A stretch of 64,000 nucleotides of DNA from positions 37,536 through 101,535 of the forward strand of contig CBDDDS010000001.1 of NCBI GenBank assembly GCA_965226745.1, read 5' to 3'. This document shows, in pieces, positions 48,832 through 58,956 of the stretch. The DNA comes from Dehalococcoidia bacterium (GTDB lineage Bacteria > Chloroflexota > Dehalococcoidia > Lucifugimonadales > SAR202-VII-2). The position numbers were made by a program, and so were the translations under genes. The first letter of the stretch is position 1; the number at the start of each line of letters is the position of its first letter. The notes below the pieces were generated by a model, which worked only from the letters and a program-made list of their open reading frames with translations, had not been told where the DNA came from and searched no databases.

Positions 48832-51800
48832 CTACGCATCCTCCTCCCGCGTATCCTCGAACCCCAGCGACGGTGGGATTTCCAGTGCCTGCCCCGCAGC
48901 TATCCGCGCCCGCGTCGCCGCCAGCGCCCTGTTCAAGTCTCCAGCGTCGGGCGTGTAGGTCTCCCCGGTCCGCAGGAACAGCAGGCTCGCGACCGGACGC
49001 TGGCCGGTTGCCCTTTCCAAGGCTGCTGCATATAGAGCAAGCTGCGGCAGATACGGCTCTGACGCCTCGGCCAGGGGCCTGCCGCGGAGATCGTCGGTCT
49101 TGAAATCGAGCACCCGCCAACCTCCAGCGTCCTGGTAGGCTAGGTCAATCGTTCCGTGCACCGGCGCGCCTTCCCAGTCCCACGAGAACGGTAGCTCGAA
49201 ATGGGCGCGGCCCTCTGGACGGCGGAGCGTGGCCGCCAATTGGCTTGCGTCCAGCAGGTCCAACATCGCCTCAACCTCGGCGGCGATGTGTTCGGTCGCC
49301 TGTACGCTCAACCCTGCATCAATGCTCCGGACCAGTTCAGCCAGCGCAGGCCGCTCCCCAGTGGTGAACCTCAGCTCGATGGCCCTGTGCGCCAAGTTCC
49401 CCCGGACGATGCCAAGGCCGTCTCCGTGGCCTGTAAACGCCGGGCTCGCCGCAGGCGCCCGCAGGGCCGTGGCTGGCGTGCTGGAACGCAGGGGGATCAC
49501 CCGCGGTCGGGCGACGAGCGAGGGCATGAAGTCCTCTTCCTCGTCCGGGGACGGCGGCGTCAGCTCCGGGGGCGCCGGCATGCGAGCGCCGCCTCCCCCT
49601 CCGACGATCAGCGGCTGCCGGACCTCCACACCGTCCCGCGAGGCCGTTCCCACGACTTCCAAAGCGGCGGCGAGCCACCCGTCGCCGCCGCTCGTCTCAT
49701 TCCCGCTGATGTACAGCGCGTCGGCGGCCCTGGTCGCGGCAACATAGAACAAGCGCTTATGCTCCGCGGCCTCCTCCACGGCGTCCCGGTCCAGAAGGTA
49801 GGTGTAAAACCCGGGCCGTGGCCGGCTACCGGCGGCCCCGACCTTTCGGGCAAGCGTAAGGGAGATGCCGTCCGCGCTCCGCCAGCGCACGGAGTCGTTG
49901 TCAGCCCGCGATGCAAGATGGGCCTCCGGAACGAAGACGATGGGGAACTCCAGCCCCTTGGCGCCGTGCACCGTCATCAGACGCACCGCATTCGACGCGT
50001 CCAGGACCGCCTGCCCCTCGCGAGCCGCGAGTTCGTCCCTCCGGCGGCACACGTAGGTGGCCAACTCATCCAGCGAGTGATCGGCCAACGTCCGGGCAAG
50101 GCCAACGAACTTCCGTATGTTGGCGAGCGCCTGATCGCCGCCTTGCAGCGGCGCCCATGCCGCCTCGAACCCGGTGAGGGCCAGCGCCTTCTCGATGAGC
50201 GCGTGGGCAGCGGCTGTAGGAGCGTCCCGCCGAAGCTCGCCGAGCACGGCAGCGGCGCGGGCGCACAACGGGCGGGCCGCATCGAGGACGCCCTCTGGCG
50301 GGCGCCGGAGCGCCTCCAAAAGATCACCTCCCTCGGACCGGAGGGCCAGCAGGGATTGGTCGTCAATCATAAAGAACGGCGATCGGAGGACCCCGACAAG
50401 CGCAATAGCGTCGTCCGGCTCGGCCAGCCAGCCGAGGAGGTTGGTCAGATCGCGCACCTCCTGCCGGGTGAAGAAACCGGCCCCCGCCGGTGTCCGGTAC
50501 GGAACCTGCCGGTTCTCCAACGCCAGCTCGAACAGGTGGACGTTCGTCAACCGGCGCAGGAGGATCGCCACGTCCGACGCCACCGCCGGGCGAAGCGCTT
50601 GCTTCTCCCGGTCCCACACCAGCGCCTCGCGCTCCAAAATCGCCGCAACCTCAGAGGCGACGGCTTCGGCTTCCGCCTGCCGGCGCTCGTGATCAAGCGC
50701 CTTGTCCACGCCCCCCGCCGTCTGATCGGAAACGGGCATCAACACCAGGTGGGACCCCTCTGGCGCGTTCGAGCCGCGCCCGGTCATGATCTGCATCGGC
50801 GCCTCGAATTCCTCGCTCGGGTCGGCGAATACGTGGTGAAAGAGCGCGTTGAATGTCTCCACCAGCGGGTCGTGGGCGCGGAACGACTGATCGAGCGACA
50901 GCACCGCCCCGGTCGCTTGCATCTCGTCGCGAAGCCGAGTGAAGTGCCGAACGTCGCTCCCACGGAAGCGGTAGATTGCCTGCTTGACGTCGCCCACAAA
51001 GAAGCGCTCGGGGCCCGGCGAGTCGGGGCCCCCGCCCCGCGAGAGAAGGTCGAGAAGCTTGATCTGCGACGGGTTGGTGTCCTGCAACTCGTCCACCATC
51101 AGGTGGCGGAACCGCGACCGGTAGGATGCGGCGATGTCCGGGTGCGACCGGAGCAGCTCGGTCGCCTTGAGCTCGAGGTCCAGGTAGTCGAGGGCCGCAA
51201 GCTCCCGTTTGCGGCCCTTGTACCGCGCACAAGCGGCATCGAACAGGCCCCGAAGCGAGGACAGGGCCTCGAGGGCAGGGCCGTCGAACTCGTTCCACTG
51301 GGGGGTATCTTTCAGGCGGACCGCGACGTTGCGGATGGCGCCCATCTCTGCCTTCACGCCGTCGAGGTTGTCCCAGTTCTTGGCGCTCCCGCCCGTCAGC
51401 TTGACCCTCCCCCCGGCGTCGAGGACGCGTTGCAACAGGTCCCCGCCGCCGTCCTTCGGGTCGCCCAACGCCGCCAGCACATCCAACAGCCGCTCGTGGA
51501 TAGCATCCGTTCCCGTGGCGGAGTCGGCGGCGTCCTGAAGCCACGCTACCGACTCCGCGAGCTGCGGGCGCACTTTCTCGACGGCCTCCCCGATCAGGGG
51601 GTCCAGCACCGCATGGACGCGTTCGAGCCATTCCGTTGGCCCCGCGCCTGCCATGATGCCGAATGCATCCACAACCTCGTCCCGCCGCGCAACCATGTTG
51701 GGCAGCAGGTCCGAGAGCGCGAAAACGCCGATCTCGTGCACAACAAGAGCCCTGTGGCCGTCTGCCTCTGCAGCTTCCTCCAGGGCGTCTTGGCAGGCCG

Positions 51801-52173
51801 TGACGCGCTCGGACTCTGCCTCGTCATCGGAGAGGACCCGGGCAGCGGGGTCAATGGCCGACTCCACGGGGTTCTCCCGCAGCAACTGACGGCACAGCGA
51901 ATGGATCGTGCCAATGACTGCTCTGTCCAAATCGGCGCGGCGCCCGGCGAGATCGTCGCGCGACAGCACCTCGCGGCGTACCCGCTCCCGCATCTCCGTC
52001 GCGGCGGCATCGGTAAACGTGACGGCGGCAATTTGCGGGATGCCGCACTCGCTGAGAAGCTCAACGTAGCGGCTGACGAGCACGCTCGTCTTTCCGCTGC
52101 CCGCGCCGGCAACAACGAAGACGTCTTGACCGCGGGCGTCCACTATCGCCTGCTGTTGGGGGGTTAGATCCAC
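48832..52173 (-). CDS. addA: UvrD-like helicase with C-terminal PD-(D/E)xK nuclease (AddA-like)
   Basis: AGAGSGKT, TFTDAAA, TIHS, VDELQDT, VGDVKQAIYRFRG, MTVHGAKGLEF, YVAATRA, GTIDL...DFKT. Confidence 0.88.
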   Translation of the reverse strand: MDLTPQQQAIVDARGQDVFVVAGAGSGKTSVLVSRYVELLSECGIPQIAAVTFTDAAATEMRERVRREVLSRDDLAGRRADLDRAVIGTIHSLCRQLLRENPVESAIDPAARVLSDDEAESERVTACQDALEEAAEADGHRALVVHEIGVFALSDLLPNMVARRDEVVDAFGIMAGAGPTEWLERVHAVLDPLIGEAVEKVRPQLAESVAWLQDAADSATGTDAIHERLLDVLAALGDPKDGGGDLLQRVLDAGGRVKLTGGSAKNWDNLDGVKAEMGAIRNVAVRLKDTPQWNEFDGPALEALSSLRGLFDAACARYKGRKRELAALDYLDLELKATELLRSHPDIAASYRSRFRHLMVDELQDTNPSQIKLLDLLSRGGGPDSPGPERFFVGDVKQAIYRFRGSDVRHFTRLRDEMQATGAVLSLDQSFRAHDPLVETFNALFHHVFADPSEEFEAPMQIMTGRGSNAPEGSHLVLMPVSDQTAGGVDKALDHERRQAEAEAVASEVAAILEREALVWDREKQALRPAVASDVAILLRRLTNVHLFELALENRQVPYRTPAGAGFFTRQEVRDLTNLLGWLAEPDDAIALVGVLRSPFFMIDDQSLLALRSEGGDLLEALRRPPEGVLDAARPLCARAAAVLGELRRDAPTAAAHALIEKALALTGFEAAWAPLQGGDQALANIRKFVGLARTLADHSLDELATYVCRRRDELAAREGQAVLDASNAVRLMTVHGAKGLEFPIVFVPEAHLASRADNDSVRWRSADGISLTLARKVGAAGSRPRPGFYTYLLDRDAVEEAAEHKRLFYVAATRAADALYISGNETSGGDGWLAAALEVVGTASRDGVEVRQPLIVGGGGGARMPAPPELTPPSPDEEEDFMPSLVARPRVIPLRSSTPATALRAPAASPAFTGHGDGLGIVRGNLAHRAIELRFTTGERPALAELVRSIDAGLSVQATEHIAAEVEAMLDLLDASQLAATLRRPEGRAHFELPFSWDWEGAPVHGTIDLAYQDAGGWRVLDFKTDDLRGRPLAEASEPYLPQLALYAAALERATGQRPVASLLFLRTGETYTPDAGDLNRALAATRARIAAGQALEIPPSLGFEDTREEDA

Positions 52174-55118
52174 TGCTTCCTTCGGCTGAACCCGTTGACT
52201 CGGCAGATGTGCATGAAGGCACAGTAGGAGGGACAGGGCGTCACCTGTGGGTTGACTCGGAAATCGCCGGATTCGACTCCGGCGCGCACGTCCCCGGCAA
52301 TCCCAACGGCGTACTCCAATGCAGCCTCGTCGTCGCTGTTGGAGGAGTCCAGCTCCCACTGGGCGTGGTTGGGGTTGAGCCAAGCGTAGCGGGCAACCAC
52401 TTGCCCGGCGCCCGCCCGCGTCCGCGCCGCGTGGGCGTAGACCTGAAGCTGCACCCGGCGCCCGTCCAGCACATGGCTCTTGGGTATGTGCCGCCCCGAC
52501 TTGTAGTCGACGATGACGACAAGCCCGTCGCCCCCGTCCAGCCGGTCCAGCCTGGCAACCACGCGGAGGGGCGGATCGAGGGGCAGGGTTGTCCTGATCT
52601 CTTCCTCGGCGCCGATGATGCTCGTCACCCCGAGCCGCTCGCTCGCCTCAGCCTCGCGCTCCAGGAGCATCTCCATCTCCTGAAAGGCCGTCTGGGCGCC
52701 GAGCCGCCACAAGGCGGCGCGCCCGATCCCGTACTTCGCCGGCGCTGAGTCCCAGATACCGGGGCCGTTGGTTCGCAGGCGGTCGACGGCCTCGCCCAGC
52801 GTACTCGGCGTCAGGGCCTCGGCCCTGGCGATGAGCGCCTGCATCGCGTCCTGCATGATCTCGTGGACCACGGTCCCCCGCGTCGCAGCATCGGCGGTCT
52901 CCATCTCATCGTCCAACGTCCGCAGGCGCAGGGCGTACTGGCTGAAGAACTGGAACGAGCACGTCCGGTAGGACTCCAGCCGCGAGGCGCTCCAAACGGC
53001 GTCGCTGTTCGTGAGGAACGGAACGAGGCCGGCATCGAGGCGGCCCTCGTACATCCCCGCGTTGCCCCACGAACGCCGCCGCTGCTCGTTCACCGCCGCC
53101 AGTTGCACGACGGGCCACGCATCCGCGCCCCTTGGCCGGCGCCGTCCGCCGGCAGGCCACTGCTGGGCACAGGCGATGGCAAGCTCGCGGACCGAGGCGG
53201 CGCGCTCGGGCGAGGTCTGCGGCTCGTCATACGTCTCCACCTCCTCCCCCGATGCCAACAGACCGAAATAGTACGAGGCCGCGGCCGGGCGTCCCCGCTC
53301 ATCGAGGCTGGTCTTCCACAGGGCCAGCGCGCCGTCCGCCCGCGTTCGCACCGACGCCCATAGCTCATCCTCCGCCAGTCGCGGCGCGGGCGGCAGGGCC
53401 AGACCCACCTCGCTTAGGGTTTCCCTAGCGTCGTCGAGGAGCGCGGTTACGGTGCGCCGCGCCGGGAACTCTCCCTCAATGAGCCCTCCAAGGGCCACGA
53501 ACTCGAAACGCAGGTTGTGCAGCGTGTGCATCGGCGCCAGCAGCACCCCGCCCGCTTCCCGCAGCAATACGGCGGGCGCGTCGACCTCCCGTTTGAGGCG
53601 GACCGTGAACACTGCGAACGGCTCAGGTTCCCCGCCAAGCATCTCCTGCGCAGCGGCGAAGTCCCGGAGGTAGCCGCGGAGCGCGTCGATCTCCACGTTC
53701 ACGCCGGGCAGCTCCCGCGAGGACGGCGGAACGAGGCCGTTCTCTCCGAACAGCGCATCGTCGAGGTGCCGCGCGTGGTCGGCGGCGGCAGCGGGGGGCT
53801 GGTCCAGCAGGGCGCGCAACTCCTCAATGGCCTCAGCCATACCGCCGGCAGTCCGGCGCATCGCCTCGCGGCCAGTGCCGTCGGCTTCGTCCTCGCCGGC
53901 CTCCGCTCGCAGCGCCTCCACGATGTCCTGCATCCTGTCGGGCCCCGCCCAGAAGTGATTCTGCCGCCCTTTCCTGGCGAACCGCGCCACGTCATCCCAG
54001 GATAGCCCCCACCGCTGGAGGTCCACGAAACCGCTCGAAAGCACCGCTATCAGGTCGCGCAGACGCCAGCCGTCTTGGGCAAGGCGCAGCAGGCGGAGCA
54101 GCCAAACCCCCAGAGGGCGGTTCCTCAGCCGTTCGCCCACAGCCGGATCGAGCGGCAGGTCATACTCGGCAAACACCTGTCTAGCCAGGCTTATGTAAGG
54201 CGACACCTGTCTGAACGCCACAGCACAGTCGGAGGGGCGCAGGCCGGGGTTGTCGACGAGACGCTGCTTGATCTGCCGAGCGATGGCGCGCAGTTGACCC
54301 TCGTGATCCAGGGAGTTGCCTGCCGTCACGGTTAGGGGATCAGCCGCCGCTCGCTCCTCCAGCGCCACAACCTCGGCGCTGGGAAAGCATTCGAGGAGCC
54401 GTTCGTAGTCGTGCCGGGCGCGCGCCCCGGAGTCCGGGTCAATAGTGACGACAACCTCAGCCCGCTCGGCCAGCGCTTCCAGGAACGCAACCTCCGTCCC
54501 CCGGAAGAGATGGAACCCGTCAACCATCACGACGCCGGGCAGCGGGGCGCCGGCTCTCAACGCGTCTGCCGCAGCCCGGGCGGTCTGCGCGGGGTGCAGC
54601 CAGCGCCGCTGCTCGAGCTCGGAGACGTACGCCGCGAAGATGGCGCTCAGCGCGCCCACGCCGGCGGAGCCGGCCTGGGCGGCGGCTTCACTCAGCGCTT
54701 GCGGGTCGATTGCCTCCGCCAGCAGCTCGCCGACCGCGGCGCTCACAAGGTCGCCGAATCCTTCAGTCCTGGCGATCGGCCCGAAATAGGCGGCAGGCCC
54801 GCGTTCGACCTCGCCCCGCACAGTTCGCGCGAGGAGCTCCTCCACGAGCATAAATGACGGCGGGTTGGCGGCTTGCGCCAGCGCCCAACTGAAGTGGGAA
54901 ATCGTCTCCACCCGGAGCCGCATCGCCACCCCACAGCGGCTGACCAGGCGGCGACGGAATTGGTCGCCGTGACGTATGGTCGGTATGAGCACAACAGTCT
55001 CGGAGAACGCGTCGGCCTCATACCGAGCGGCCAGCCTCGACACAACCTCCCACGTCTTCCCGCTGCCGGGCCCACCGATGATGAACGTTGGGTTAGCCAT
55101 TTGTCGTGGTTGGTCCAT
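52164..55118 (-). CDS. addB: AddB-like nuclease subunit
   Basis: N-terminal GGPGSGKT, SASRLESYRTC, RLDRLD..DYKSG, C-terminal CPSYC...C Fe-S staple; overlaps addA start. Confidence 0.85.
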   Translation of the reverse strand: MDQPRQMANPTFIIGGPGSGKTWEVVSRLAARYEADAFSETVVLIPTIRHGDQFRRRLVSRCGVAMRLRVETISHFSWALAQAANPPSFMLVEELLARTVRGEVERGPAAYFGPIARTEGFGDLVSAAVGELLAEAIDPQALSEAAAQAGSAGVGALSAIFAAYVSELEQRRWLHPAQTARAAADALRAGAPLPGVVMVDGFHLFRGTEVAFLEALAERAEVVVTIDPDSGARARHDYERLLECFPSAEVVALEERAAADPLTVTAGNSLDHEGQLRAIARQIKQRLVDNPGLRPSDCAVAFRQVSPYISLARQVFAEYDLPLDPAVGERLRNRPLGVWLLRLLRLAQDGWRLRDLIAVLSSGFVDLQRWGLSWDDVARFARKGRQNHFWAGPDRMQDIVEALRAEAGEDEADGTGREAMRRTAGGMAEAIEELRALLDQPPAAAADHARHLDDALFGENGLVPPSSRELPGVNVEIDALRGYLRDFAAAQEMLGGEPEPFAVFTVRLKREVDAPAVLLREAGGVLLAPMHTLHNLRFEFVALGGLIEGEFPARRTVTALLDDARETLSEVGLALPPAPRLAEDELWASVRTRADGALALWKTSLDERGRPAAASYYFGLLASGEEVETYDEPQTSPERAASVRELAIACAQQWPAGGRRRPRGADAWPVVQLAAVNEQRRRSWGNAGMYEGRLDAGLVPFLTNSDAVWSASRLESYRTCSFQFFSQYALRLRTLDDEMETADAATRGTVVHEIMQDAMQALIARAEALTPSTLGEAVDRLRTNGPGIWDSAPAKYGIGRAALWRLGAQTAFQEMEMLLEREAEASERLGVTSIIGAEEEIRTTLPLDPPLRVVARLDRLDGGDGLVVIVDYKSGRHIPKSHVLDGRRVQLQVYAHAARTRAGAGQVVARYAWLNPNHAQWELDSSNSDDEAALEYAVGIAGDVRAGVESGDFRVNPQVTPCPSYCAFMHICRVNGFSRRKQWI

Positions 55119-55388
55119 GCGCCCCGGGCCTCAACTAGCGGCCCTGCATTACGTCGGGACATCCGCCTGCTTAGGCGCCGGCGCCGCGTCTCCTGCCTGC
55201 CGGGTGGGCGGCCATGCCGGTTCAGAGTACGCTGAACCACCACCCGATAGCCACCGCCCCCCTGCCCGCCCCGTCCTCCGCTGGTTCCGGCAGACTATTC
55301 GTTGACCCTTGACGCGAGAGAGGTTCTCGGCCACTCTGGCGGGGTCGGCTATCTCTCCCACTCACGATGAACATCGCAGGAGGCCCAC

Positions 55389-56468
55389 ATGATAGACGAT
55401 GCCTTCGTCATCGACGCAATCAAGCACTCGCACAACCTGCACCCGTCCAATTATGCATTCGCCAAGCACGCCAAGCCCATAGCAGAAGCTGTTGCCCAGG
55501 GGCTGTTCTCAACCAGTCCGTTGGGGACGCAACTGCCGCAGGAATACTACCAGCGGGACTGGCGCATTGAGGATACCGCCCACACGACCTTCCTGGAGAG
55601 CGACGTGGATATGGCAGTCCACCAGGTTCTGCCCATTGCCGCGTTCAAGGACGGGCTGGACTCCCTGGAGAAGAACGTGGAGGCCCAGCGCCGCTGGCCG
55701 GACCGCTTCATCCTGTACGCCGGCGTTGACCCCATGCAGGGCCAGAAAGCCATGGAGGAGCTCGAACGTCAGGTCGAAGTGCTGCGGCCCGTCGGGTTGA
55801 AGCTCTACCCTCACACCTGGGTCTCGGGCGAACCTCAGGGGTGGCTCATGGACGATCCCGAGGTAGCCTACCCCTTCTTCGAGCGATCGCAGAAGCTGGG
55901 CCTCAAGATAGTGGCCATTCACAAAGCAGTGCCCATGGGTCCAGTGCCTCTACAGTATTACCACGTCGAAGATGTGGACCGAGCCGCCCTGGCCTTCCCG
56001 GAGATGGTCTTCGAGATCATTCATTCCGGCGTGGCGTTTCTGGAGGAAACGGCCTGGCTGCTGGCCCGTTTCCACAACGTCTACGGCAACCTCGAGACCA
56101 CCAGCACGTTTCTGGTCAAGCGGCCAATGGCCTTCACTCAGGCCATGGCAGGATTGCTGGCGCAGGGAGGGGCCCAAGTCTTGGACAAGCTTCTCTGGGC
56201 CACGGGGTCCATGCACCCCCAGGCCAGCCTGGAGAAGTTCTGGCATGAGTGGGACTTTCCCCCCGACATGGTGGAGGGCCTGGGACTCCCCCAAATGACC
56301 AAGGCCTTGAAAAAGAAGGTGCTTGGAGAAAACTACGCCCGCATCCTGGGTTTGGACATCCCCGCCATGAAGGCCAAGCTGGAGCAGGACGAGTTTGGCG
56401 TCGCCAAGGCGCAGACGGGAAAAGCGCCCCCCTATTCCTCCGTGTCATTCGCCGGCGAGGCCGTGTGA
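55389..56468 (+). CDS. Amidohydrolase_2 family protein
   Basis: IDAIKH, GVDP, GLKLYP, AIHK, EIIHSG, LGENYAR. Confidence 0.85.
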   Translation: MIDDAFVIDAIKHSHNLHPSNYAFAKHAKPIAEAVAQGLFSTSPLGTQLPQEYYQRDWRIEDTAHTTFLESDVDMAVHQVLPIAAFKDGLDSLEKNVEAQRRWPDRFILYAGVDPMQGQKAMEELERQVEVLRPVGLKLYPHTWVSGEPQGWLMDDPEVAYPFFERSQKLGLKIVAIHKAVPMGPVPLQYYHVEDVDRAALAFPEMVFEIIHSGVAFLEETAWLLARFHNVYGNLETTSTFLVKRPMAFTQAMAGLLAQGGAQVLDKLLWATGSMHPQASLEKFWHEWDFPPDMVEGLGLPQMTKALKKKVLGENYARILGLDIPAMKAKLEQDEFGVAKAQTGKAPPYSSVSFAGEAV

Positions 56469-56848
56469 TGCCCACGGAGCAGGGAGTGCGCGCCTGTCTC
56501 AGGGAGATCGTGGACCCTTGCAGCGTGGGCACGGGCCTTCCCCTCAACATCCTGGAAATGGGCCTGCTGCGGGATATCGAGATCACCAGTGGCCATGTCG
56601 CCGTGCGCCTGCGGCTCACCACCCCCATGTGCATGCTGGTCCCCTACTTCCTGGACGAAGTGCAGACGAGGGTGAGCGCCCTCCCCGACGTTGAGTCGGT
56701 GACCTGCGAGGCCGACGCCGGGCTGGACTGGGACCCCGCGATGATGTCTGCGGGAGCGCGTCGGCGTCTGAAGCGCCTTCGCGAAGATTGGGACCGGAAG
56801 ATCGGATACGTCCCGGAAGCGCTCCGGCCTCCACCCCAAGTGGAGTAA
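56468..56848 (+). CDS. Metal-sulfur cluster assembly factor (DUF59/SufT/PaaD-like)
   Basis: IVDPC, LNILEMGL, LRLTTPMC, WDPAMMS. Confidence 0.85.
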   Translation: MPTEQGVRACLREIVDPCSVGTGLPLNILEMGLLRDIEITSGHVAVRLRLTTPMCMLVPYFLDEVQTRVSALPDVESVTCEADAGLDWDPAMMSAGARRRLKRLREDWDRKIGYVPEALRPPPQVE

Positions 56849-56959
56849 TCTCGGAAAAGCCGCCACGCGAACACCGGCATCGCGTAGGCCCCATCGCCGC
56901 CGGCAGGAACCGGCGCCGTATCACGCGCTGAGACGATAGGATAGACGGAGGGCACGAGA

Positions 56960-57550
56960 TTGGACGAGGACAAGAGAGCAACGATGACCTCCTTGAAACC
57001 GCAATCAGAGACGAGCGACGAGGCGGTGTTGCGGGCGACCGGGAAGAGCCGCGGCGATTGGTTCGCGATTCTGGATGCTGCCGGCGCTCGCGAGTTGGCG
57101 CACAGGGACATCGCGGCCTATCTGCGTGAGCAAGAGAACGTTTCCCCCTGGTGGAGCCAGGAGGTGACGGTGCAGTACGAACGCGCCCGCGGGCTGCGGG
57201 AGAAGCACCAGGCCCTGAGCGGCTACCAGGTCAGCGTGACCAAGACGATCGCCGCCCCGCTCAACGCCCTCTACGCCGCCTGCGCCGACGACAAGGCGCG
57301 CAGCAGTTGGTTGGGTGAGGCGCCCCTGACCGTGAGGAAGGCAACGCCGTCAAAGTCGGTCCGCGCAACCTGGGGCGATGGCGCCACCAGCGTCGACATC
57401 GGTTGCTACGAAAAAGGAGCGGCAAAGAGCCAGGTAGCCGTCCAACATTCGAAGCTGGCGAACCGTCGGCAGGTCGAAGAGTTGCGGGCCTACTGGAAAG
57501 CAGCCCTGGAACGGCTAGCGAGCCTGCTGACCAACGGCGGCGCAGGCTAG
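56960..57550 (+). CDS. DUF4287/SRPBCC-like hypothetical protein
   Basis: SDEAVLRATGKS..WF..LD, WWSQ.VTV.YE, VQHSKL, YWK. Confidence 0.7.
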   Translation: MDEDKRATMTSLKPQSETSDEAVLRATGKSRGDWFAILDAAGARELAHRDIAAYLREQENVSPWWSQEVTVQYERARGLREKHQALSGYQVSVTKTIAAPLNALYAACADDKARSSWLGEAPLTVRKATPSKSVRATWGDGATSVDIGCYEKGAAKSQVAVQHSKLANRRQVEELRAYWKAALERLASLLTNGGAG

Positions 57551-57761
57551 AAGAGCGGCGGGGCAGCGACCCAAAAGGGATCGCACATCCTCTTTGAGGT
57601 CGATGCAGAGCGCTGCAGCGCTAAGAGGAAACGCGGACGCTTCCGAGGGCGCATGGTCCGAGTCCCATTAGCCCTTCCTCGCTGCCACTCTTACCGAAAG
57701 ATGCGGATCGGGTTGGTTGTCAGGTAGGCCCAACCCGTCGCCTCCGCTATTTGTCAGCCCC

Positions 57762-58880
57762 CTACCCCACAGGCGTCAGCTTGTACATGCGTTGAGCGTT
57801 GCCATGGAGGATCGCCGCCTTGTCCTCGTCCAGCAGGCGGGGGTGCTCAATGACCTCCCGAATCTCTGCCTTGCACATCTCGCTATTGACCTCGTGAGGG
57901 AAGTCCGACGAGTACACCGGGAACCCGTTGCTGCCCACCTGGGCAATCGCCTCGGCAAGCAACGCCTCGTGGCCCTCGCACCCCACGAACAGGCGGCCCT
58001 CGCCAATGTGGCGCGCAACGTAGTCGCTCACCCGCTCCCCGTCCCGGAGCTGCATCAGCTCGCCGCGTGGATCGACGAACTGGTGGGTCTCGTAGGAGCG
58101 GTTGAATCGCTCCAGGCACATCAGAAACCAGCCAATGCCCCCCTCCATCCAGCCGAACCGGACGTTGGGGTACTTGTCCATCACACCGTTGAACACAATG
58201 CTGGCAAACGACGTCATCAGCGTCACCGGATGCCCTAGAGCGTGGGCCGAAGCCAGGTACTCGAACGTGTCGAAGCCTAGACCCGAATGCCCCCCGGCGT
58301 GGACCGCCATTACGCAACCCAGCCGGTCGGCCTCCTCGTAGACGGGCCAGTATTCCTTGGCCCCGTGGTGCCTTCCCAGGTTCGGCGACGGCAGGATGGC
58401 GCCGAGAAAGCCCAGGTCGGTCACGATTCGGCGCAGCTCCTCCACCGCGGCCGCGGGCTCCTGCATCGGGATGATGCCCAGTCCCTTGAAGCGGGGGCTG
58501 CGCTGCACGTAGGTCTGGTGCAGCCAGTCATTGTAGCCCCGCGTCGCGGCGATGGCCCATTCGCGGTTCGTGATCATGCCGCTGGTCAGCGCCCTCGTGG
58601 CGAAGAGCACCGTCGTATCGATGCCCACGTCGTCTAGAAACGCCAGCCAGCCATCGGCGTCCGCCTGCACAAACGACCCCTTGGGGTGCCGCACCGGCTG
58701 AGCGGCGTGCAGGTGATCGGCGGCAGGAAAGATGCCGAGGCTATTGTTCCAGCTCCGCGCCTGCCGGGCGACCAGGTCCCGCGGTATCAGGTCCTCCGGC
58801 ATGAACTCGCCAATGGCATCCATGTCCTCCACCAAATGCCCGTCCCCATCGATCACCAGCTCCAGGTTCGCGTCAGGCAT
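57762..58880 (-). CDS. Amidohydrolase_2 family protein
   Basis: IDGDGH, YNDWL, MAVH, EGGIGW, SSDFPH. Confidence 0.88.
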   Translation of the reverse strand: MPDANLELVIDGDGHLVEDMDAIGEFMPEDLIPRDLVARQARSWNNSLGIFPAADHLHAAQPVRHPKGSFVQADADGWLAFLDDVGIDTTVLFATRALTSGMITNREWAIAATRGYNDWLHQTYVQRSPRFKGLGIIPMQEPAAAVEELRRIVTDLGFLGAILPSPNLGRHHGAKEYWPVYEEADRLGCVMAVHAGGHSGLGFDTFEYLASAHALGHPVTLMTSFASIVFNGVMDKYPNVRFGWMEGGIGWFLMCLERFNRSYETHQFVDPRGELMQLRDGERVSDYVARHIGEGRLFVGCEGHEALLAEAIAQVGSNGFPVYSSDFPHEVNSEMCKAEIREVIEHPRLLDEDKAAILHGNAQRMYKLTPVG

Positions 58881-58956
58881 CGCGTCCTCCTCCCTGCGAC
58901 ATTGCTGCTTCTCCTACGATCCCCCGCCGCCGGGCAAGACCGGCTCTCCGGCGCCC

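Noticed and set aside
49201-52167. 988-aa plus-strand ORF
   Set aside because: Antisense shadow of addA in high-GC DNA; no recognisable motifs
35450-55400. attR duplicate of the tRNA-Arg 3' end
   Set aside because: No second CCCCGGGGGTACCA-like copy found by eye, so the right boundary is unsupported
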